A DNA stretch of 64,000 nt from contig JANYJP010000052.1 in the NCBI GenBank assembly GCA_025358455.1, positions 8,643 through 72,642 on the forward strand, in the 5' to 3' direction. Within the stretch, counting starts at the first letter, position 1, and each line of letters starts with the position of its first letter. Under the pieces are notes generated by a model, which made no database searches, was not told the origin of the DNA, and saw nothing but the letters and a program-made list of their open reading frames with translations. The DNA comes from Bacteroidales bacterium. GTDB lineage: Bacteria; Bacteroidota; Bacteroidia; Bacteroidales; VadinHA17. This document shows positions 29,945-39,908 of this stretch, one piece after another. The position numbers were made by a program, and so were the translations under genes.

Positions 29945-30787
29945 TTGAACAATTTTTTCAGGCGAACCCTTACCGGAGTATGGATAGTAGTTTTCATCAT
30001 GGCAGGGTTCTGGCTTCATCCGGTTTCGTTTTTTCTTGCAGGAATGATATTGCTCATCGGTACACAGTATGAGTATTACCTGTTGATAAGGAGCACCGGT
30101 GTAAGACCTCAGATGATACCCGGAATAACCACCGGTATAGCAGCATATGTTATTTCAACGCTGATTGCCATGGGTGTTATTCCCAAAAACTCCTTCCTTA
30201 TTATTATTCCATTGATGATGATTATTATGGTTGTGGAGCTTTACAGGAAGCAGGACAAACCATTTGATTCTCTGGCACATACTTTTTTTGCAGTTTTTTA
30301 TACCGCAATCCCCTTTTCGATGTTCCCCTTCGCAGCATTTTCTCATTCAGGTCTAGAGTCAATACTTTCTCATAACAGCATAATCTTTTCACCGGGTATA
30401 ATCATTGGTTTTTTTCTCCTGATTTGGGCAAACGATACGGGTGCCTATCTGACTGGTATGTCTTTAGGAAGGCATAAGCTTTTTGAGCGTATCTCACCTA
30501 AAAAAACCTGGGAAGGTTTTATTGGCGGGATTATAATAGCGGTACTCGTAGCATGGCTGCTTTCAGGCTGGCTGGGCGTGGTTGATAAATGGCATTGGGT
30601 GATTATTTCTGTAATTATATCTGTGACGGGTACATATGGAGATCTTGTTGAATCAATGTTGAAAAGAAGCATTGGTGTCAAAGATTCAGGATCTATCATG
30701 CCAGGTCATGGAGGGTTTCTTGACAGGTTTGACAGTGTAATATTTTCCTTCCCTCCTGTATATCTTTTTATTTCAGTTTTTGGATGA
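29945..30787 (+). CDS. cdsA: Phosphatidate cytidylyltransferase
   Basis: DTGAY..G, ISPKKTWEG, GDLVESMLKR...KDSG..MPGHGGFLDRFDS. Confidence 0.95.
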   Translation: MNNFFRRTLTGVWIVVFIMAGFWLHPVSFFLAGMILLIGTQYEYYLLIRSTGVRPQMIPGITTGIAAYVISTLIAMGVIPKNSFLIIIPLMMIIMVVELYRKQDKPFDSLAHTFFAVFYTAIPFSMFPFAAFSHSGLESILSHNSIIFSPGIIIGFFLLIWANDTGAYLTGMSLGRHKLFERISPKKTWEGFIGGIIIAVLVAWLLSGWLGVVDKWHWVIISVIISVTGTYGDLVESMLKRSIGVKDSGSIMPGHGGFLDRFDSVIFSFPPVYLFISVFG

Positions 30788-30826
30788 TTGGCCGGACTTG
30801 ATTAGTTTTGTGCAAATTTTATAGAA

Positions 30827-31489
30827 ATGAGTATTCATATTCATAAAGAAGGGTATAAGATATTAGCTTTTGGATTTCTGGTACTGCTGATTCTTAATAT
30901 CGTCGTAAATATCATATGGGCTGATATTGAACTACTGAGATGGGCATTTATCATATGTTCATTAATGCTCTATGTTTTTCTTTTGTTTTTCTTCCGGTTA
31001 CCGGCGAGAAGCCTGGAAACTGATCCTGGTATTATTTATGCTCCTGCCGATGGCAAGGTGGTAGTAATTGAAGAGATAATGGAAAATGAATATTTCAGGG
31101 ATTTGCGCTTGCAGGTCTCAATTTTTATGTCACCTTTTAATATGCACAGTAACAGATATCCTGTTTCAGGGCGGGTCAAATATGTCTGCTACCATCACGG
31201 TCAGAATATGGTTGCCTGGCATCCTAAATCATCAGAGCTCAATGAAAGAAGTACAATTGTAATCGAGACTAAAGACGGAATAGAAATAATGGTCAGGCAG
31301 ATAGCCGGAGCTGTTGCACGGAGAATTGTGACCTATTCAAAAGAAAATCAGGAAGTTCTCCAGGGAGGTGAACTTGGTTTCATCAAATTCGGATCGAGAG
31401 TGGATATCTTTTTACCGGTAGGAACTGAAGTCGAGATTCCTATCCTGCAACAGGTGAAGGCAAACAAAACAATAATTGCCAAAATCTGA
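30827..31489 (+). CDS. psd: Phosphatidylserine decarboxylase proenzyme
   Basis: FFFR.P.R, APADGKVV, QIAG..ARRI, IKFGSRVD (GS self-cleavage site). Confidence 0.93.
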   Translation: MSIHIHKEGYKILAFGFLVLLILNIVVNIIWADIELLRWAFIICSLMLYVFLLFFFRLPARSLETDPGIIYAPADGKVVVIEEIMENEYFRDLRLQVSIFMSPFNMHSNRYPVSGRVKYVCYHHGQNMVAWHPKSSELNERSTIVIETKDGIEIMVRQIAGAVARRIVTYSKENQEVLQGGELGFIKFGSRVDIFLPVGTEVEIPILQQVKANKTIIAKI

Positions 31490-31505
31490 AAATAGGGATT
31501 AAAAT

Positions 31506-32750
31506 ATGAACAGAAAAGATGACAAAATTATAGATGTTACCCCTGATGTAAAATGGATCGGAGTACTTGATTATGATATCAGAACATTTGATATCGTCAT
31601 GAATACCAATTACGGCACAACATACAATTCTTATTTTATTAATGCGGAAAAAAAGGCAATAGTTGAAGTTGCCAAAGAAAAATTCAGCGAAATCTATCTG
31701 GCTAAGCTACGTGCAGTTACAGATCCTGCTGAGATACAGTATATAATTCTTGATCATACTGAACCTGATCATTCGGGAAGCCTCAGAATTCTTCTTGAAC
31801 TGGCGCCAAAAGCTACTGTCGTAGGAAGTGGCAATGCAATCAGATACCTTGAAGATATTGTTAATACACCATTTAAATCATTGGTTGTTAAAGATGGAGA
31901 CAAAATCGATCTTGGCAATAAAACCCTCAGGTTCATAGCAGCACCAAACCTGCACTGGCCTGATTCAATTTATACATTTCTCGAGGAAGATAAGGTTCTG
32001 TTCACCTGCGATTCATTCGGGGCACACTACTGTTCATCTGATATGTTCAGTGAATTCAATGAAGTATATACAGAAGCGTATAAATATTATTTTGATGTAA
32101 TTCTGAAACCTTTCAGCAGGTTTATGTTAAGAGCTATTGAAAGGATCAGGCCTTTTGAAATTGATTTTATCTGTACCGGACATGGGCCAATGCATCATGA
32201 AAATACTAAAACAGCTATAGATTTGTCCGAGAGGTACTCTAATGAGTATTTGAAGAATTCAACCCACGAAGGTCACTACAATATACTGATTGCTTATGTG
32301 TCAGCTTATGGTTACACGAGGGAAGCAGCAGAATTTATTGCCTCCGGGATTCTGGAAAGTAACGGAATTGTTGTGGATATAGTTGATATTGAGAATATTT
32401 CTTCTGAAGACCTGGAGTCGAAACTGATAAAAGCAGAAGGAATTATTGTAGGTTCTCCAACAATCAATCAGAATACCCTGTTGCCTGTATATAAGCTGTT
32501 TGCACATATTAACCCGTTAAGAGATAAGGGAAAACTCGGAGGTGCCTTCGGATCATTTGGCTGGAGCGGTGAGGCTCCGAAAATAGTACTTGAAAACTTG
32601 CGCCTTCTTAAACTTAAAATATTTGAGGAAACAGCATCCTTTAAGTTCTCTCCCGGGGGAAAGAAAGAGGAGATTCTGAAAGATTACGGCAGAAAGTTTA
32701 CTTCTAAATTTATGGAAGAATGTGGGCGAACAAAAAATCCCCGCATGTAA
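31506..32750 (+). CDS. fprA: Flavodiiron protein (FprA, O2/NO reductase)
   Basis: GTTYNSY, HTEPDHSG, LHWPD, CDSFG.H, GHG, and a flavodoxin domain (SAYGYT, GSPT, FGSFGWSGEA). Confidence 0.92.
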   Translation: MNRKDDKIIDVTPDVKWIGVLDYDIRTFDIVMNTNYGTTYNSYFINAEKKAIVEVAKEKFSEIYLAKLRAVTDPAEIQYIILDHTEPDHSGSLRILLELAPKATVVGSGNAIRYLEDIVNTPFKSLVVKDGDKIDLGNKTLRFIAAPNLHWPDSIYTFLEEDKVLFTCDSFGAHYCSSDMFSEFNEVYTEAYKYYFDVILKPFSRFMLRAIERIRPFEIDFICTGHGPMHHENTKTAIDLSERYSNEYLKNSTHEGHYNILIAYVSAYGYTREAAEFIASGILESNGIVVDIVDIENISSEDLESKLIKAEGIIVGSPTINQNTLLPVYKLFAHINPLRDKGKLGGAFGSFGWSGEAPKIVLENLRLLKLKIFEETASFKFSPGGKKEEILKDYGRKFTSKFMEECGRTKNPRM

Positions 32751-32869
32751 AATGGCCTGAAACTTCTTCAAATTTATTTTGGAGTTACTTTCACTGAACG
32801 CTTGGGAATCAAAATCCTAGTGAATTACAAAAAAATAAATTAGGTTTGTATTATGAAAGACCTGATTTA

Positions 32870-34048
32870 ATGAATGCAACATTAAGGAACATCCTCATAT
32901 TTTTTGGGATATTGCTTCTTTTGGCTTGTGTGTGGTATTTCCGGATTGTTGTTGTATATATTCTGGTATCAGGTGTATTATCAATTATTGGACGTCCCCT
33001 GGTTGACCTCTTTTCCAGAATCAGGATAAAGAAATGGTCCTTTCCCCGACCGCTGGGTGCTTTTCTTACCATTATTATCATATGGAGTTTTATCATCCTC
33101 TTTTTTGTAATATTTATTCCTCTTATCAGCACACAGATAAACTATTTTTCAACTATTGACAGTGAGAAAATTGTGCAACTTGTTGCCGGCCCTATAAATA
33201 AGGTTGAGAATCTGTTCAGGGCATTTAATAAAGAAATCACAAATGATCTTTCCATTCAGGATTATGTGGTAAAGAAGGTTTCCGGAGTGCTCAATATTAA
33301 TATGATACAAAATTTTATTGGCTACCTGATTGGAATTCTTGGTAATGTGATAGTTGCTATATTCTCAATAACATTTATTACGTTTTTTTTCCTGAAAGAT
33401 CACAGATTGTTTTTCGACTTGATATTAATGTGGGTACCGGATAAATATGTTGATAATGTTACAAGAGCATTGTATTCAATCAAAAAACTCCTAACAAGGT
33501 ATTTTATTGGAATTGTGATACAAAGCACGTGTATTATGATTCTTGTAACAATAGGTATGACTATAGCAGGTATCGATTTTCAACAGGCTCTGGTTATGGG
33601 ATTAATTCTTGGAATTCTAAATGTTATCCCGTATGTCGGCCCCTGGCTCGGATTACTTATAGCAATTATAATGGGAGTCGCTTCTCACATGAATCAGGAT
33701 TTTAATACCGTGGTTATACCTCTTGTAACCTATATGATAATCGTTGAAGGCATTACACATTTAATAGATAACCTGGTTTTTCAGCCGATTATATTCTCAA
33801 ACAGTGTCAGGGCTCATCCTCTGGAAATATTTATTGTTGTACTTGCCGCAGGATTTGCAGCAGGTATACCAGGAATGATATTAGGGATACCCGCATACAC
33901 TGTTTTGAGGGTTTTTGCGCATGAATTCTTTAATAACTTCAAAGCGGTACAGAAACTTACATCAAGCCTTTCACCTGAAAACATGCGAAGAAAACCCAGC
34001 TTTCACATAAGGGAAAATGAAGATGCCGGCAACGAAACTGATGCCTGA
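32870..34048 (+). CDS. AI-2E family transporter
   Basis: Hydrophobic; PLVD, LNVIPYVGP, QPIIF...HPL, GMILGIP. Confidence 0.88.
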   Translation: MNATLRNILIFFGILLLLACVWYFRIVVVYILVSGVLSIIGRPLVDLFSRIRIKKWSFPRPLGAFLTIIIIWSFIILFFVIFIPLISTQINYFSTIDSEKIVQLVAGPINKVENLFRAFNKEITNDLSIQDYVVKKVSGVLNINMIQNFIGYLIGILGNVIVAIFSITFITFFFLKDHRLFFDLILMWVPDKYVDNVTRALYSIKKLLTRYFIGIVIQSTCIMILVTIGMTIAGIDFQQALVMGLILGILNVIPYVGPWLGLLIAIIMGVASHMNQDFNTVVIPLVTYMIIVEGITHLIDNLVFQPIIFSNSVRAHPLEIFIVVLAAGFAAGIPGMILGIPAYTVLRVFAHEFFNNFKAVQKLTSSLSPENMRRKPSFHIRENEDAGNETDA

Positions 34049-34106
34049 CATTGAAGCTTATCCCGGCTTTCTGAGACTAATTACTAAAATGTTGCTTAGC
34101 GGATAA

Positions 34107-34343
34107 ATGAGAACTTCATTTCTATTAATAAACCGACTGTTCCACTTTTATTATGACGGATTCAGTAATATGTCAGAGTGGGGGAGGAAAGTCTGGATAA
34201 TAATCATAATCAAGCTTTTTATTATGTTTGCAATACTGAGGATCTTTTTTTTCCAGGATTTTCTTAATAAGAAATTTGATAATGATAAACAGAGAAGTGA
34301 ATATGTTATGAATCAAATAATTAACCTACCTGAAAAGCCATGA
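34107..34343 (+). CDS. DUF4492-like small membrane protein, coupled to cydA
   Basis: FYYDGF.NM..WG..WIII.IKLFIMFAIL.IFFF; ATGA overlap with cydA. Confidence 0.85.
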   Translation: MRTSFLLINRLFHFYYDGFSNMSEWGRKVWIIIIIKLFIMFAILRIFFFQDFLNKKFDNDKQRSEYVMNQIINLPEKP

Positions 34344-35896
34344 TTGATAATATTGATCTTACCCTGGTGGGCTGGTCGAGGGCACAATTTGCACTGACTG
34401 CAATATACCACTGGCTCTTTGTCCCTCTGACACTTGGTTTATCATTTATCCTTGCAATAATGGAGACCATATATTTTAGGACAGGGAAAGAAGAATGGAA
34501 GATGATTACCAGGTTCTGGATGACCCTTTTCGGGATAAACTTCGCTATTGGTATTGCCACAGGCATAATTCTCGAATTTGAATTTGGTGCCAACTGGTCA
34601 AATTATTCATGGTTTGTGGGTGATATTTTTGGAGCCCCTCTGGCTGTTGAAGGCATTCTTGCCTTTTTCCTTGAATCTACATTTGTTGCTGTAATGTTTT
34701 TCGGATGGAATAAAGTTAGCAGAAAGTTCCACCTGATATCTACCTGGCTTGTAGCTATAGGAGCCAGCCTTTCAGCTTTATGGATTCTTGTAGCAAATGC
34801 CTGGATGCAGAATCCTGTCGGGATGGCGTTTAATCCTGAAACGGCAAGGAATGAAATGGTCAGTTTTTGGGCTGTCCTTTTTAATCAGGTGGCCGTTGAT
34901 AAGTTCCTTCATACAATATCATCAGGTTTCCTTCTGGCATCAATGTTTGTATTGAGTATAAGTTCCTGGTTCCTGTTAAAAAAGAGAGAGGCACTCCTTG
35001 CAAAAAACAGCATACTTGTTGCCGGGATATTTGGGTTGATGTCTTCATTAATGGTTGCATATACCGGGGATCAATCAGCCCGGACAGTCTCAAGAGTCCA
35101 GCCGGTAAAATTTGCAGCAATGGAAGCTTTATTCGAAGGAAAGAGCAATGCCGGCCTTACTGCTTTCGGGATTCTGAAAAACTCAGATAAAATGATTGGA
35201 GAAAAAAACCAAAAAGAATTTGTTGTTAAAATTGAAATCCCGGGCTTACTTTCAGTTCTGACAGCCGGCGACAGAGATGCATATGTTCCAGGATTGGTTG
35301 ATCATATATCAGGTAATGCAAAGATAGGGATTATGTCAGTTCAGGAAAAAATGCAGAGGGGCGGGGTTGCAAGGAACACTCTTACAGATTACCTGAATGC
35401 AAAGAAACTTAATGTAACTGAACAGATAGAAAATATTAAAAATGTTTTCATAAGTAAAGATTTTCAGGAAAATTATTTCAAATATTTTGGATACTCTTCG
35501 ATTAAGAACCCCGAGGAAGTTATACCGAGTGTGCCAACTTCATTTTATTCCTTCCACCTGATGGTTATACTGGGGTTTCTCTTCATAATAATATTTGTAT
35601 TAGCCATAAATCAGTTGTTTCAGGGAACTATTGAGAAAGACAGATGGTTCTTGTGGATAGCATTTTTGTCACTTCCGCTACCTATTCTGGCCAGTGAACT
35701 CGGATGGATACTTACTGAAGTCGGACGTCAGCCATGGATAATTCAGAATCTGATGCCGGTGTCTGGTGGTGTTTCTAATATCAGTTCAGGGTCAGTAATT
35801 ACAACCTTTATTCTTTTCGCGGTGCTTTTCACAGTCTTGCTTATATCGGAAATCTCAATTATGGTTAAACAGATTAAAACAGGACCAAAACATTAG
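34340..35896 (+). CDS. cydA: Cytochrome bd oxidase subunit I
   Basis: SRAQFA...YHWLF, EFEFG.NW, NAWMQ.P, QP.KFAAME, E.GRQPW. Confidence 0.97.
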   Translation: MIDNIDLTLVGWSRAQFALTAIYHWLFVPLTLGLSFILAIMETIYFRTGKEEWKMITRFWMTLFGINFAIGIATGIILEFEFGANWSNYSWFVGDIFGAPLAVEGILAFFLESTFVAVMFFGWNKVSRKFHLISTWLVAIGASLSALWILVANAWMQNPVGMAFNPETARNEMVSFWAVLFNQVAVDKFLHTISSGFLLASMFVLSISSWFLLKKREALLAKNSILVAGIFGLMSSLMVAYTGDQSARTVSRVQPVKFAAMEALFEGKSNAGLTAFGILKNSDKMIGEKNQKEFVVKIEIPGLLSVLTAGDRDAYVPGLVDHISGNAKIGIMSVQEKMQRGGVARNTLTDYLNAKKLNVTEQIENIKNVFISKDFQENYFKYFGYSSIKNPEEVIPSVPTSFYSFHLMVILGFLFIIIFVLAINQLFQGTIEKDRWFLWIAFLSLPLPILASELGWILTEVGRQPWIIQNLMPVSGGVSNISSGSVITTFILFAVLFTVLLISEISIMVKQIKTGPKH

Positions 35897-35908
35897 GAGG
35901 ACAATAAG

Positions 35909-37039
35909 ATGACATTAATGATTTCGCATTTGTTACTTCAGCAATACTGGTGGATAATTGTTTCACTTCTGGCTAGTCTTCTTGTTTTCCTTATGTTCGT
36001 ACAAGGCGGACAATCCCTCATATTCACTCTTCCGCAAAAAGAATTTCAGAAGACATTGATAGTTAATGCAATGGGAAGAAAATGGGAGTTCACTTTTACC
36101 ACACTGGTAACATTCGGAGGAGCATTTTTTGCTTCATTCCCCCTTTTCTATTCCACCAGTTTTGGGGGAGCTTACTGGGTATGGATTGCTATATTATTCA
36201 GTTTTACCATACAGGCAGTAGCATATGAATTCAGGTCAAAGCCCGGTAATATTTTCGGAAAAAAGACTTTCGATATTTTTCTATTCTTAAATGGGTCACT
36301 CGGACCCTTTCTTATCGGCATTGCTGTTGCTACATTCTTTACAGGTGCGATGTTCAGCCTGAACTTGCAACATCAGGTAAAATGGGCAACCAGGTGGTAC
36401 GGTCTTGAAGCTCTGTTTAATATCCGGAACCTTGCGCTTGGATTTGCTGTTTTATTCCTTGCACGCGTAAATGGGTTATTATATATCATCAATACTATAG
36501 ATGATGAATCTCTTCTTACCCGATCAGTGAAGCGTTTAATTATTAATTCGGTTTTATTTCTTGTTTTCTTTCTGTTCTTTGTCGTTACATTGCTTATTTC
36601 AAAAGGTTTTGCTGCTGATCCGCTTACTGGCATAGTAACTACAGAGCAGTTTAAATACCTCCATAATTTTCTTGCGATGCCAATTGTATCGATCATGTTT
36701 CTGACAGGGGTGTTAAATGTGTTATTTGGGATCGGTGTTACAATATTTAAAGGCAGTTCAAGAGGAATATGGTTTGCAGGACCAGGAACAATTCTGACTG
36801 TTTTCACGCTGTTTCTGATAGCAGGATTTAACGGAACTTCATTTTATCCCTCGCTTTATGATCTTCAGAGTTCATTAACAATTATAAATGCATCCTCAAG
36901 CCTGTTCACCTTAAAAACAATGATGTATGTTTCATTCATATTACCAATTGTAATAGCGTATATCTGGTATGCATGGAGAGCTATCAATAACACTAAAATA
37001 ACTGAAGAGGAGATGAAATCGGATGGGCATAAGTATTAG
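35909..37039 (+). CDS. cydB: Cytochrome bd oxidase subunit II
   Basis: GRKWEFTFTTLVTFGGAFFASFP, AYEFR, SSLT..ASSS..TL. Confidence 0.96.
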   Translation: MTLMISHLLLQQYWWIIVSLLASLLVFLMFVQGGQSLIFTLPQKEFQKTLIVNAMGRKWEFTFTTLVTFGGAFFASFPLFYSTSFGGAYWVWIAILFSFTIQAVAYEFRSKPGNIFGKKTFDIFLFLNGSLGPFLIGIAVATFFTGAMFSLNLQHQVKWATRWYGLEALFNIRNLALGFAVLFLARVNGLLYIINTIDDESLLTRSVKRLIINSVLFLVFFLFFVVTLLISKGFAADPLTGIVTTEQFKYLHNFLAMPIVSIMFLTGVLNVLFGIGVTIFKGSSRGIWFAGPGTILTVFTLFLIAGFNGTSFYPSLYDLQSSLTIINASSSLFTLKTMMYVSFILPIVIAYIWYAWRAINNTKITEEEMKSDGHKY

Positions 37040-37068
37040 TTACCACACACACCAAACCACATACCAAT

Positions 37069-37156
37069 TGACATTTAGACAACAAGACATTTAGACATTT
37101 AGACAATTTGACAATTAGACATTCAGACATTCAGACATTCAGACATTCAGACAATA
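37069..37156 (+). repeat. Octamer tandem repeat, 11 units of (A/T)GACAnnn
   Basis: tgacattt agacaaca agacattt agacattt agacaatt tgacaatt (agacattc)x4 agacaata. Confidence 0.9.
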
Positions 37157-37160
37157 GGTT

Positions 37161-37277
37161 ATGTACTTAAGCGAAATTCTTCAATACCTCATCTGGCCCG
37201 CATTTATACTTTTAAGCTGGTTCGTAATAAAATTTGCTTTATCTGCTTACGAGAAAAAATTTCCCGAAAAGGAGTGA
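37161..37277 (+). CDS. 38-aa single-TM protein, candidate cytochrome bd small subunit (CydX/CydS-like)
   Basis: Hand translation MYLSEILQYLIWPAFILLSWFVIKFALSAYEKKFPEKE*; downstream of cydB on the same strand; too short for the ORF track. Confidence 0.7.
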   Translation: MYLSEILQYLIWPAFILLSWFVIKFALSAYEKKFPEKE

Positions 37278-37379
37278 GGGAATTAAGTTTTAGGATAGCG
37301 GATCCGGCGAAGCCAAATCCGTAATTCACCATTATTCAGGATTCAATACCGGGCTGAATTATTGCCCTTAGTAAATTGA

Positions 37380-38099
37380 TCAGAAGAGCAATGCCAAGCC
37401 TGAAGATATAAGGTAAAGTGGTATTATTAAGGGAACTCCACTGATTCCAAATACTGCAAAATCAATCAGAACCAATCCGGCCAGGATATATCTGCCCTCG
37501 TTCCCCTTAAATTTAAAATTCGAAATCTTAAGAGATAGCATTGGCATTCTGCTTACCATTAAATAAGATAAAACAATTGTAAGGATTATCAGTAAAACCG
37601 GCGAACCGGAAAATGCATTTAAAATCTCTGAATGTGAATAATGTCCGGCAATAACAACAGATATTACAGCAAGGGCATTTGCCGGTATAGGCATTCCCTT
37701 AAAAGTTGTAGACTGAGATGAATCGAGATTGAATATGGCAAGCCTGAAAGCACCGCAAACCGGCATTATTGCTGGTACGATAAGTATAAGTGTGATTATC
37801 AGGCTGCTCGAATCAGCTATTGCCGGAGCTGACAATACCAATGAATCATTTAGCAGACAGTAAATAATAAATGCAGGCGCTACTCCAAAGCTAACAACAT
37901 CAGCCAGACTGTCAAGTTCTTTACCCAGTGTGGAATACGCTTTTAGCAAGCGGGCAGAAAAACCATCAAGAAAATCGAAAACCATCGCGGCAAGTATCAG
38001 CCATGATGCTGTTAGTAAGTCCCCGTTGGCTGCAAATATAATTGCAACAAATCCTGAAACAAGATTAAGCGACGTTATAAAATTTGGAATATATTTCAT
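37380..38099 (-). CDS. pssA: CDP-diacylglycerol--serine O-phosphatidyltransferase
   Basis: IPNFITSLN, DFLDG..AR...GKELDSLAD.VSFGVAP, RLA.FN, F.GMP.P; start 38099. Confidence 0.92.
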   Translation of the reverse strand: MKYIPNFITSLNLVSGFVAIIFAANGDLLTASWLILAAMVFDFLDGFSARLLKAYSTLGKELDSLADVVSFGVAPAFIIYCLLNDSLVLSAPAIADSSSLIITLILIVPAIMPVCGAFRLAIFNLDSSQSTTFKGMPIPANALAVISVVIAGHYSHSEILNAFSGSPVLLIILTIVLSYLMVSRMPMLSLKISNFKFKGNEGRYILAGLVLIDFAVFGISGVPLIIPLYLISSGLALLF

Positions 38100-38344
38100 T
38101 ATGAAAAGCGTTATCAAATATTCTGCCGGGGAGTAAAATTAAGATAATTTCGGAATAAGGTTTAATTAAGGAACCCGGATTTTTGAACAGTGCATCTTCG
38201 GGGTGTTATTTTTCCTGCAAATCGAAGATAACAGGTAAAGTTTGTACGAAAGAATTTTTTTCCAATCCGGAGAGCCCGGAGAAAGGCTGAAGTGAAATTT
38301 TCGATCTTTTATTATTAGATTTGTAACAAATTACATATTTTTTG

Positions 38345-38797
38345 ATGATTGACTTTAACGGTATTAAGATTGCAGTCGATTTTGACGGCACTATTGTTGA
38401 ACATGAGTATCCTGAAATAGGGAAGGAAAAGCTATTTGCTTTCCAGACTTTAAAAGAACTTGATAAGATGGGGGCCAGGCTCATCCTGTGGACATTCCGT
38501 ACCGGTAAGGAGCTTGATGAATCTGTTGAATTCTGCAGAAAGAACGGAATCGAATTTTATGCTGTTAATAAAAACTACCCTGAAGAGATATTTGATGAAA
38601 CTGTAAGCCGGAAGATCAATGCTGATATTTATATAGATGACAAAAATATTGGTGGTTTTCCGGGATGGAGTGAAATCTGGCAGCTACTCAACCCCTTTGA
38701 AATTCAGCAACAGGAGATAGAAAAGAGAATTGCTTCAAATCGCGGGAATATTTTTAAAAGATTGTTTACTAAGAAAACCAGATCAAATGAAAACTGA
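38345..38797 (+). CDS. HAD-superfamily phosphatase (BT0820-like)
   Basis: IAVDFDGTIV, LILWT.R, RKI.ADIYIDD. Confidence 0.85.
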   Translation: MIDFNGIKIAVDFDGTIVEHEYPEIGKEKLFAFQTLKELDKMGARLILWTFRTGKELDESVEFCRKNGIEFYAVNKNYPEEIFDETVSRKINADIYIDDKNIGGFPGWSEIWQLLNPFEIQQQEIEKRIASNRGNIFKRLFTKKTRSNEN

Positions 38798-39908
38798 GTA
38801 TTCAAAGTATTTCATCTCCTTATGTATTATGTTTCTTCTGACATGGACATTATCCTGTTCAGGCAGAAGCGGGAAAAATGCGCAAACTGAGGGAAAAGTA
38901 AGTACGGTTTTAAACAATGCAATACCTGTTAAGCTAATTAAAATGGTTTCGCCTGAGGAGAATGCAGGCTTTAAACTCAAAGACCAGGTAAAATTAATTC
39001 TTTCGGTTGAAGACAATAAAAACCTGCCTGACTCAGTGCTTGTTTCCTTTGACGGCAAACCTGTAAAAACAATTAAATCAGAACCATGGGAATATATTAT
39101 ACCTTCTGGTTTCACTGTTACAACCGGTAGAAAATCCTTGAAGATTACTGCATTCAAATACGGCAACCCTCAGAATACTGTCACGAGGTTTATTATTGTT
39201 TATTCTGATGTGATTCCAAAAAAATACGGTTATAAAGTTATTCATACCTATCCCCACAGCAGAGATGCTTTCACTCAGGGACTGGTTTATGACGATGGTG
39301 TTTTATATGAAGGTACTGGCCAGGAGACAGGGTCAAGCCTCAGGGAGGTGGAACTCGAAACCGGCAAAGTAATACGGCAGCAAAATCTTGATGGTTCATT
39401 GTTTGGTGAAGGGATTGCTCTTTACAAGGACCGGATATACCAGGTGACATGGGAGAATAAGGTAGGATTCATTTATGAAAAATCGACATTCAAATTAATA
39501 AATAAGATCTATTATCCTACCCAGGGTTGGGGGCTTACAGCCATAAATGACAGGATCGTAATGAGTGATGGGACAAATATCCTCTATTTTTTTGAACCTG
39601 AGATGTTCACGGTTGTTTCTAGAATTGAAGTCTTCGATAACAAGGATAAGGTTGATTCCCTTAATGAGCTCGAGTACATAAATGGTGAAATTTGGGCTAA
39701 TATCTGGATGACGGACCGGATTGCACGAATAGACCCGGTTAGCGGTAAAGTTCTTGGCTATATTGATTTGAAAGGTATTTTGCCTTCGTCCGACAAAGGT
39801 CCTGATACTGATGTTTTAAACGGAATTGCTTACGATAACACAGGCAACAGAATATTTGTTACCGGTAAAAGATGGCCCAAACTTTTCGAAATTAAGATTA
39901 CTGAATAA
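38787..39908 (+). CDS. Glutaminyl-peptide cyclotransferase (beta-propeller type), lipoprotein
   Basis: Lipobox LS-C; YPH...FTQGL, FGEG, GWGL, MSDG, LNELEY, VLNGIA, VTGK.W; start moved to 38787. Confidence 0.92.
   Translation: MKTEYSKYFISLCIMFLLTWTLSCSGRSGKNAQTEGKVSTVLNNAIPVKLIKMVSPEENAGFKLKDQVKLILSVEDNKNLPDSVLVSFDGKPVKTIKSEPWEYIIPSGFTVTTGRKSLKITAFKYGNPQNTVTRFIIVYSDVIPKKYGYKVIHTYPHSRDAFTQGLVYDDGVLYEGTGQETGSSLREVELETGKVIRQQNLDGSLFGEGIALYKDRIYQVTWENKVGFIYEKSTFKLINKIYYPTQGWGLTAINDRIVMSDGTNILYFFEPEMFTVVSRIEVFDNKDKVDSLNELEYINGEIWANIWMTDRIARIDPVSGKVLGYIDLKGILPSSDKGPDTDVLNGIAYDNTGNRIFVTGKRWPKLFEIKITE

Noticed and set aside
37069-37156. Repeat array as CRISPR
   Set aside because: Contiguous 8-bp units without spacers, and no cas genes.
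38100-38340. Possible ncRNA in the pssA/HAD divergent spacer
   Set aside because: Only short stems and no family consensus that I can recognise; an Rfam scan would be needed.
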